Source: Pseudoalteromonas tetraodonis (GTDB taxonomy: Bacteria > Pseudomonadota > Gammaproteobacteria > Enterobacterales > Alteromonadaceae). From it: DNA of 32,000 nt. The stretch is taken from NCBI RefSeq assembly GCF_002310835.1, contig NZ_CP011041.1, forward strand, positions 60,001-92,000. The letters run 5' to 3'. A model generated the notes under the pieces. The model was not told where the DNA came from. It made no database searches and was given only the letters and a program-made list of their open reading frames with translations. This document shows, piece by piece, positions 26,044-32,000 of the stretch. Each line of letters starts with the position of its first letter. Position 1 is the stretch's first letter. The position numbers and the translations under genes are program-made.

Positions 26044-26934
26044 ACTACTTGGCAGCATAACCAATATGGCAGCCACTGCAATCAGCACTAGCCCCGCACT
26101 GTCTTGGCGCTTTAGCGGCTGCTTTAGCCATAAAATCGAGATTAACATGGTAAAAAATACTTCTATTTGACCGAGTGTTTTTACATAGGCGACATGTTGT
26201 AAGCTCATGGCACTAAACCAGCCGACGGAACCTAAGCAGCTAAATACACTCACTGCACTTGTCATTTTCTTATATTGATACATCATTTTAAAGGTATGGC
26301 GCTCTTTTAAAGCAATGTATATACATAACATCAGTGTTTGCAAGCTAATAATCAGTAACAAAACCCACGCTGGTGCATAAGGAAAAGCTATACCCGAGCT
26401 TAAACTTGCTTCGCGGATCCATGACGATGACAACGCAAACGAAGTACCGCAAGCAAGCCCTGTTAAGGCGGTTTTTAAGCTAAAATGTTTCACATTCGCA
26501 ATGCCGCTTAATAGCAATACAGCGAGTGCGCCAATAAATACACCAATCCAACCTAAAAATGAAAGCGCCGAACCAAAAAATAGTAACCCTAATATCGCCG
26601 CCATTAGCGCTTCGCTTTTAGCAAGGCCGGCGCCTACTGCAAAATTGTTCATTTTAAACAACTTCACCATGAGCCCTGTGGCAATAATTTGCACTATGCT
26701 GGCTCCAATAATATAGCTAATAAATAAAGGATTAAATGAAGGGAGAGGCGCACCTTGGTAATAATAAAGCGCATATAAATACAGCCCTGCAATAGGGCTT
26801 GCGACAATAAAGCGGGCTAGAGTAACGCCAGCAACGCTGACATGAGCGCTTAATTTGCTTTGCAGCGCATTACGCCATGACTGCATAAATGCGGCAAAAA
26901 TAGTGAGTAAAATCCAAATCATCTTAAATAACAT
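26041..26934 (-). CDS. DMT superfamily (EamA-like) transporter
   Basis: 297 aa with about 10 predicted TM helices and a duplicated EamA-like organisation. No catalytic motifs. Confidence 0.75.
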   Translation of the reverse strand: MLFKMIWILLTIFAAFMQSWRNALQSKLSAHVSVAGVTLARFIVASPIAGLYLYALYYYQGAPLPSFNPLFISYIIGASIVQIIATGLMVKLFKMNNFAVGAGLAKSEALMAAILGLLFFGSALSFLGWIGVFIGALAVLLLSGIANVKHFSLKTALTGLACGTSFALSSSWIREASLSSGIAFPYAPAWVLLLIISLQTLMLCIYIALKERHTFKMMYQYKKMTSAVSVFSCLGSVGWFSAMSLQHVAYVKTLGQIEVFFTMLISILWLKQPLKRQDSAGLVLIAVAAILVMLPSS

Positions 26935-27076
26935 ACAAAAAAGTGGAGAGCTAATTTAGCAGTACTCTGGCATTAAAGCGACCATCAAAAAGGCATAATG
27001 AATATTCATCACCTGCGACAATTTGCCACAGTGACGCACTGCTTAAATCGGCTATAGTGTGAGGGATGTTACTGCT

Positions 27077-27118
27077 AGCCGCCAGAGCTCAGGTTATTTA
27101 TATTTGGCGGCTTTTTTC
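27077..27118 (+). terminator. Orphan plus-strand terminator-like hairpin upstream of MAPEG gene
   Basis: agccgcca (27077-27084) / tggcggct (27105-27112) followed by T6. No plus-strand CDS precedes it, since the neighbouring gene is divergent. Confidence 0.45.
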
Positions 27119-27165
27119 TATTTGCTGTGTTATTTTGGGTCATAAATAATAACTTGAGAATTATA

Positions 27166-27549
27166 ATGACGACTTTATTGGTTTGCGCCTTAATTGCAGT
27201 GATCATGCCTTATGTTGCGAGAATCCCAGCTATTATAGAAATGAATAAGCTCGGTGGTTACGATAATAAACATCCGCGGCAACAACAAACACAACTTACA
27301 GGACTCGGAGCACGTGCGCTGGCTGCTCATCAAAACTGTTTTGAATCGTTAGCGGTTTTTGCCGTTGCTTTGGCTGCTGTATTAGGCACAAACAATGTTA
27401 ATGCCGTAACCGAAACTTTAGCGATGATGCATATTGTAGCGCGTATTTTATTTTGTACTTTTTATTATTTAAACCTCGATATTATTCGCTCGATCACTTG
27501 GCTGGTGGGAATAGGCACCGCTATTGGCATGATCGCCGTCAGTTTATAA
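27166..27549 (+). CDS. MAPEG family membrane protein
   Basis: Trimmed to ATG 27166. About 128 aa with 3-4 TM helices. A charged loop YDNKHPRQQ is followed by RALAAHQNCFESLAVF, the typical MAPEG (glutathione-transferase-like) block. Confidence 0.7.
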   Translation: MTTLLVCALIAVIMPYVARIPAIIEMNKLGGYDNKHPRQQQTQLTGLGARALAAHQNCFESLAVFAVALAAVLGTNNVNAVTETLAMMHIVARILFCTFYYLNLDIIRSITWLVGIGTAIGMIAVSL

Positions 27550-27568
27550 CGAGAATAAGCAAAAACCA

Positions 27569-27603
27569 CAAAGCAAGCAGCCTAAAAGGGTGCTTGCTTT
27601 ATA
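27569..27603. terminator. Bidirectional terminator between MAPEG and blaR1-like genes
   Basis: aaagcaagca (27570-27579) / tgcttgcttt (27591-27600). Confidence 0.75.
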
Positions 27604-27623
27604 GTCTTAAACACCTATTCCCA

Positions 27624-28832
27624 TTAATGCGATATGTTAACTCGCTCTATTAAATCACTTTTTGTAACTGTACTGTTGAGTGCAAAATCAAGTTGTATTA
27701 GTACGTTTTGTTGTCCCATTGATGAAGGTGTATATTGCCATTGCATCAGTGCTCTTTTAGCTTCTTTGTTAAAGACTGCTTCTGGTTCAGCTTTTACAAC
27801 AGTAATGTTAGCTGTTTTGCCTGCTGGGGTTATGTCGTATTTTAATACCACTGAACCGCTAATGCCTTGTTCCGCCGCTTGTTTTGGGTAAAGCGGTTCG
27901 ATTCGCATTACGGGAGCGATAGATGTTTCTTTTTTAGCTGATGCTTCAGGTTGCTTTGCTACAGCTAAGCCACTGAGCAAGCTCGCAGCGATAAGTAACA
28001 CGCTTCCTTTTGCTAGGCGCGAATGTGCGCCGTTATGTTTGATATTAGTAAGTCGTTGTAACATGGTTTTTTTATCTCCGTAGTGTGAATAAGCCATCAG
28101 ACCCGCTGGCGCATTGGCAGCGCAGTTTATTAAGGCTTTGCTGTATAAAATTTGTTGCTGTGTGGTTTTATTGCTTAGTACCCGTTCATCACAAGTCAGC
28201 TCCTGCAAACGTCTACAGCTTGCGTAAGCCATCCAAGCCAGAGGGTTAAACCACAATAAAATTGTAGCCAGTAATAGCAGCACATTTATAAGGTTGTCTT
28301 TGCGCTTTATATGCACGTTTTCGTGCTCTAGAATAAGCGCCAGAGTAGTATTATCAAACTGAGTATTATAATTGTGCGGCAATACCAGTTTGCTATTAAA
28401 AACACCAATGACCATGGGCGTAGCCACCTGAGCGCTGGTATAAGTTTGTACTCCTATTGTTAATTGCTTAAAATGCGCTAACTCAGTGAGCTGTAGGCCT
28501 TTAACAAATCGGGTATGGGTAACAACAGCGGCAATTAATAAGACCGTGGTAATAATGACATACAGTAGCGCTAAACTAACACTCAAGCTGTTTGTAAGTA
28601 CCTGATTAGGTGTAATTAAATAGTAACTAATGCCGCTATTTTGCAGTGGTTTAATTGCACTAGGTAAATTAGCCAACAGAACTGATACAGGTATTAACCA
28701 AGCTAATTTATACACAAAGCGTGAACCAAGGGTTTTTAAGCCAAAGCGCTCAAGTAAAACAAACCCTGCAAACAACAGACTTAATAATAGCTGCTGTTCA
28801 ATGAGCCAATTAAATCCTATTTGAATCGCCAT
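27624..28832 (-). CDS. M56 (BlaR1/MecR1-like) membrane metallopeptidase fused to a TonB C-terminal domain
   Basis: 402 aa. Has N-terminal TM helices, the zinc motif LEHENVHIKRKD (HExxH) and a further TM. The extracytoplasmic C-terminus PVMRIEPLYPKQAAEQGISGSVVLKYDITPAGKTANITVV...ALMQWQYTP has the TonB_C pattern. AAGGAG RBS is present, and the gene starts 9 nt after blaI-like. Confidence 0.85.
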   Translation of the reverse strand: MAIQIGFNWLIEQQLLLSLLFAGFVLLERFGLKTLGSRFVYKLAWLIPVSVLLANLPSAIKPLQNSGISYYLITPNQVLTNSLSVSLALLYVIITTVLLIAAVVTHTRFVKGLQLTELAHFKQLTIGVQTYTSAQVATPMVIGVFNSKLVLPHNYNTQFDNTTLALILEHENVHIKRKDNLINVLLLLATILLWFNPLAWMAYASCRRLQELTCDERVLSNKTTQQQILYSKALINCAANAPAGLMAYSHYGDKKTMLQRLTNIKHNGAHSRLAKGSVLLIAASLLSGLAVAKQPEASAKKETSIAPVMRIEPLYPKQAAEQGISGSVVLKYDITPAGKTANITVVKAEPEAVFNKEAKRALMQWQYTPSSMGQQNVLIQLDFALNSTVTKSDLIERVNISH

Positions 28833-28841
28833 GCTAACTCC

Positions 28842-29216
28842 TTACTTTTGATTCTTTTCCCAGTCATCAATGACTTTTTTAAGCTCGTTGATATCTTGCT
28901 GAGAGAGTTGCTCCGATTTAGCGAAGCCACTTACCAAAGGGGCAATACGACCACTAAAAAAGCGCTCTATGAAGTTCTTACTCTCTTTTAAAGTGTAATC
29001 AGCACGCTTTATACAGGGGGTGTAAATATATTGGCGGCCGTCTTTTTCGAAGCTAAGCGCGCCTTTTTTTACTAAACGACCCAATAAGGTTTTAATGGTT
29101 TTTTCGTGCCATTGTTTATCGTCACTTAAACGCTCAATAATTTGGCTGGCTGTGGCGGGGTAGTTAATCCAGAGTGCATCCAGCACTTCAAATTCTGCTT
29201 TTGATAATTCGATCAT
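28842..29216 (-). CDS. BlaI/MecI/CopY family transcriptional repressor
   Basis: 124 aa. Has a winged-helix N-terminus (EFEVLDALW...ATASQIIERL...WHEKTIKTLLGRLVKKGAL) and a C-terminal dimerisation helix. It is encoded immediately upstream of the M56 protein. Confidence 0.88.
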   Translation of the reverse strand: MIELSKAEFEVLDALWINYPATASQIIERLSDDKQWHEKTIKTLLGRLVKKGALSFEKDGRQYIYTPCIKRADYTLKESKNFIERFFSGRIAPLVSGFAKSEQLSQQDINELKKVIDDWEKNQK

Positions 29217-29224
29217 TTTATTGC

Positions 29225-29264
29225 CTACAAGTGTAATCTTTTATTTAAGACTACACCTGTAATC
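29225..29264. promoter_or_regulatory. Two tandem BlaI-type operator boxes CTACAnnTGTAATC
   Basis: ctacaagtgtaatc (29225-29238) and ctacacctgtaatc (29251-29264) are spaced 26 bp centre to centre. Each contains the TACA..TGTA dyad typical of BlaI/MecI operators. They lie 9-48 bp upstream of the blaI-like ATG. Confidence 0.65.
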
Positions 29265-29325
29265 TATTTTTGCAAGTTTATTTTTTGTTTTTTAATCACG
29301 CTAAAGGAAGGGGATTAGTGTGAGC

Positions 29326-30018
29326 TTATTGGCTTAAAATATCGTTTTTGTTAATTTTTATAAAGTGGTTTTCTGGGAGGTTTAAATTATCTAATAGTAA
29401 TTCACTGATCTGTACGCGGTATAAATCAATGACTGTGTAGCCACAGTAATGCGCCATTTTACGTATTTGCCTGTTGAGCCCTTGTTTTAAAACAATACTA
29501 AATTGATTACTCGCTATTTTAACTACTTCACAAGGTCGTGTTATTTGCTTATCAACGGGGACGCCTGCCGCCATTTTTTCACAAAAATGCGCGTCTAATG
29601 GTTTATTCACAGTGACTAAGTAGCGTTTAGGTTGATGAAAGTCTGGATGAATCAGTTGATTACAAAAGTCTCCGTCGTTGGTCAAGATAATTAAACCACG
29701 AGAATCTTTATCAAGGCGGCCAATAGGGTAAACACGGGTAAGTTGAGGCAGGTGATGAATAAGGCTGCTGGGGTCGTGATGATTGAGTTTACAGTCAATC
29801 CCTACCGGTTTGTGATAGGCAAAGTACACTAAATCGGCTGGGCCTTTAATGGCGTGACCATTAACGATAACACGGTCGTTTTCGTCCACATGATCAATAT
29901 GATTCGCGGGGCGATTATTAACGATGACAACGCCTTCATCAATCAAGCGCGACGCTTGTTTTCGTGAGCAAATACCGGCATGAGCAATGTATTTAGCAAG
30001 TCGAATTTTTGTATCCAT
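29326..30018 (-). CDS. rluF: S4-domain pseudouridine synthase, RluF-like (RsuA family)
   Basis: 230 aa. RLAKYIAHAGICSRKQASRLI (S4 domain), the catalytic-Asp block PIGRLDKDSRGLIILTNDG and KQGLNRQIRKMAHYCGYTV parallel E. coli RluF. The protein lacks RluF's basic C-terminal tail. Confidence 0.8.
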   Translation of the reverse strand: MDTKIRLAKYIAHAGICSRKQASRLIDEGVVIVNNRPANHIDHVDENDRVIVNGHAIKGPADLVYFAYHKPVGIDCKLNHHDPSSLIHHLPQLTRVYPIGRLDKDSRGLIILTNDGDFCNQLIHPDFHQPKRYLVTVNKPLDAHFCEKMAAGVPVDKQITRPCEVVKIASNQFSIVLKQGLNRQIRKMAHYCGYTVIDLYRVQISELLLDNLNLPENHFIKINKNDILSQ

Positions 30019-30109
30019 AATGCAGTGTAATTAAAAAATATTGATCGCGATTATAGCAAAGCTGCGTATTGATTACTTGGACAGTTAATTTAACAGTAGG
30101 TAGGTTACT

Positions 30110-30415
30110 ATGGGTATTCAATTTTCAGAACTAAAAAAGCATCAGCCATTACAAAAAGTGGTTGTTCATTCACTGGAAATGGCCTTGTACCAAGTGTCTG
30201 TTGTCATTAATAATGTTGAATACTATGTACAAGAAAGTAATGGTGAATTTGTGAAGGCACTAAGCCCATTACATATTCAAAAACGCTTTGAAGATATCGC
30301 CTATGCACAAATGATGCTAAGGCACACCAGTGCTTATGATGAAATGTGTGGTCAACCGGAAAAAATTTCCAGTAATATGCTCGAAGTGCCCTTTGGGCAA
30401 AACAACCTGTTTTAA
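30110..30415 (+). CDS. Conserved hypothetical protein (possibly DUF6482-like)
   Basis: 101-aa ORF in a clean intergenic slot. The codon usage looks like that of its neighbours. I recognise no motif with certainty. Confidence 0.5.
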   Translation: MGIQFSELKKHQPLQKVVVHSLEMALYQVSVVINNVEYYVQESNGEFVKALSPLHIQKRFEDIAYAQMMLRHTSAYDEMCGQPEKISSNMLEVPFGQNNLF

Positions 30416-30456
30416 TATCAGGTATTTGCTAATATAGGTTTATTTGGAATCATCCA

Positions 30457-30876
30457 ATGTACCTATTACATACCGATAATTCTGAGCAATTAAATCAAGC
30501 ACTGCGCGAGCACATGCTTGAGTTTAATGCTCAGCACTTCGACGCACAGCGTCAACCTCTTGGCTTTAAATATCTCGATAAACAAGGTGAGTTAGTTGCA
30601 GGCATAAGCGGTCACGTGTTTGGTAACTGGTTGCTAATAAGCTGGTTATGGTGCGATGAATCGGTACGAGGCAATGGCTTGGCTGATTCGTTATTAACAT
30701 CACTTGAAAATGCAGCAATTGAAATGGGTGCCGTTCAGGCTCAGCTTGACACCTTAGACTTTCAAGCCAAACCTTTTTATGAAAAACGGGGTTACCAAGT
30801 TAAATATCAACTTGATAATTACCCACTTAATGGCACTCGTTACTTTATGGAAAAACCGCTAATAGTGGCTGAATAA
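30457..30876 (+). CDS. GNAT family N-acetyltransferase
   Basis: 139 aa. LWCDESVRGNGLADSLLTSLE (motif A-like Q/RxxGxG/A) and FYEKRGY are typical GNAT blocks. Confidence 0.8.
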   Translation: MYLLHTDNSEQLNQALREHMLEFNAQHFDAQRQPLGFKYLDKQGELVAGISGHVFGNWLLISWLWCDESVRGNGLADSLLTSLENAAIEMGAVQAQLDTLDFQAKPFYEKRGYQVKYQLDNYPLNGTRYFMEKPLIVAE

Positions 30877-30900
30877 CGCTGATTGGAGCGTTATTTTTTT
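30874..30900 (+). terminator. Hairpin terminator embedding both convergent stop codons
   Basis: taacgct (30874-30880) / agcgtta (30887-30893) followed by T7. The stem arms contain the TAA of the GNAT gene and the complement of the HopJ gene's TAA. Confidence 0.6.
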
Positions 30901-31250
30901 GCTGTTAATGGCGTACCATCAAAGGTAACACCTAAAAATGGGGTGGCTTCAGGCGCTAACATAAAGGTGCGAATATTCATATGGTCGTCTGCATCTGGGT
31001 TGTTTAGCACATCTTCGCGATAAAATGCCCCAAAACAATCTAATGTATTTTGCTTACTAAGACCATTGAGCTTTGCAAATGCAAAAATCTTGCATGAACC
31101 GTTATTCTCACTCGCAGAGCTCAATAACCCATGGTTACTAAAGCTGCACGCTGTAAAAGTATAATGCTCATCAATAACGGCCATAGTATCAGCAAAACCA
31201 ATGCTTTTAGGCTCATTCGCGAGCGTTGTTAAGTAGTTTGTGAGTGTCAT
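30891..31250 (-). CDS. HopJ (HopPmaJ) type III effector family protein
   Basis: 119 aa. FADTMAVIDEHYTF...NGSCKIFAFAKLNGLSKQNTLDCFGAFYREDVLNNPDADDHMNIRTFM matches the HopJ family (PF08888-type) consensus as recalled. Confidence 0.85.
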   Translation of the reverse strand: MTLTNYLTTLANEPKSIGFADTMAVIDEHYTFTACSFSNHGLLSSASENNGSCKIFAFAKLNGLSKQNTLDCFGAFYREDVLNNPDADDHMNIRTFMLAPEATPFLGVTFDGTPLTAKK

Positions 31251-31347
31251 ACGCTGTCCTTGTTATTATAAGATATTGTTAAGTAATTACCCCTAACCTA
31301 TCTTATGATTGATTTATATTCAATTGAGCCAATAAAACAAGCATAGT

Positions 31348-32000
31348 TTATTTACCAATTAAGTGGGTTAACGCATGAATGTTGGTTATTTCAATATCAG
31401 CAAGTCCTTTGTAGGCATAGGCTTGTGCTTGATTATTTAACCACACAGACTGGCAGCCAGCGTTATTAGCACCTTGCACATCGCTATCAAGGCTGTCACC
31501 TATGTGTAAAATTTCACTGTTGTTAATACGCAAATGTGTTGCAGCTTGATCAAATAAGGTCGTATGTGGTTTAGCTTTACCGTGCAAGCCAGCTTGCAGC
31601 ACCAGTTCAAACTTATCTTTTAAATTAAAACGCTCAACCTCTACATTACCGTTAGTAATGGCAATTAATTTGTAGTGCTGGCTTAGTTTATCGAGCAATG
31701 TTAGTACGTCTTCGCTCACTTCAATATTACTGCGCGCATCAGCAAATGCTTGATAAGCACTGTGTGCATGATGCTCTACTTCATCGTCTTTAAAACCAAG
31801 CTCAGACAAAACTAAGCGTAGGGTATGTTTACGCCACTGAGTGACGTTATCAATGAGTTCAGGTTGGTGTTGAACAACTCGCTCACGGCATTGTTGCCAA
31901 AACTGTGGCCCCTGTTTTTTATAGCCTGGCAGCGCATTTAAATAATCAATTTGCGCCTGAACGGCTGCGGTTATGATTGGGCGGTTGTCGTATAAGGTGT
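31348..32000 (-). CDS. yigB: HAD-IA hydrolase, YigB-like (5-amino-6-(5-phospho-D-ribitylamino)uracil phosphatase); 5' end outside window
   Basis: The listed ORF starts at a TTG, but by my translation the frame stays open to the window edge (...TLYDNRPIITAAVQAQIDYLNALPGY...). TLYDNRP is the tail of HAD motif I (DLDxTLYDNRP in E. coli YigB). ITNGN, LQAGLHGKAKP and HIGDSLDSDVQGA parallel YigB motifs II-IV. Confidence 0.8.
   Translation of the reverse strand, partial: TLYDNRPIITAAVQAQIDYLNALPGYKKQGPQFWQQCRERVVQHQPELIDNVTQWRKHTLRLVLSELGFKDDEVEHHAHSAYQAFADARSNIEVSEDVLTLLDKLSQHYKLIAITNGNVEVERFNLKDKFELVLQAGLHGKAKPHTTLFDQAATHLRINNSEILHIGDSLDSDVQGANNAGCQSVWLNNQAQAYAYKGLADIEITNIHALTHLIGK

Noticed and set aside
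1-32000. A search by eye for CRISPR repeats, tRNA-like T-arms (GGTTCGAATCC-type), IS inverted repeats, integrase, transposase or phage genes, toxin-antitoxin pairs, restriction-modification genes or other defence genes.
   Set aside because: None were found. Gene content and composition look uniform, with no obvious island boundaries. I therefore do not claim a mobile element or a defence system in this window.

Overview
AT-rich, densely packed chromosomal segment. The protein sequences look like a marine Alteromonadales gammaproteobacterium, probably Pseudoalteromonas-like; this is inferred from recalled family sequences, as no search was run. I support 33 protein-coding genes, the last one truncated by the window end. 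They are separated by short intergenic regions, many with clear rho-independent hairpins. The content is mostly housekeeping or accessory metabolism: DUF2884 protein, glutathione peroxidase, AzlCD, cytochrome b561-type protein and cytochrome c', a kexin-like S8 protease with a small downstream partner, oligopeptidase B, YqaA, a folM-folE-folX tetrahydromonapterin operon, NadE, YceH, a large CHASE/PAS/GAF hybrid histidine kinase, E. coli-type YcaO, an Ntn (penicillin/AHL) acylase, a secreted MBL-fold hydrolase, a GNAT-nitrilase fusion coupled to SugE/Gdx, a DMT transporter, MAPEG, a BlaI/BlaR1-like pair, RluF-like pseudouridine synthase, GNAT, HopJ and YigB. I found no rRNA, tRNA, CRISPR array, transposase, integrase, phage or plasmid genes, and nothing that looks like a defence island. 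I do not see compelling evidence for a wholly new multi-gene system. The best candidates for under-described biology are: (i) the GNAT-nitrilase fusion whose stop overlaps the start of a guanidinium-type SMR exporter; (ii) a BlaI/BlaR1-like switch whose sensor is a TonB C-terminal domain, with two TACAnnTGTAATC operators; (iii) a propeptide-less kexin-like lipoprotein protease with a downstream candidate external chaperone; and (iv) two ORF-free regions with orphan terminators that could encode sRNAs or leaders. All family assignments come from motif recognition and memory of family sequences, not from alignments.
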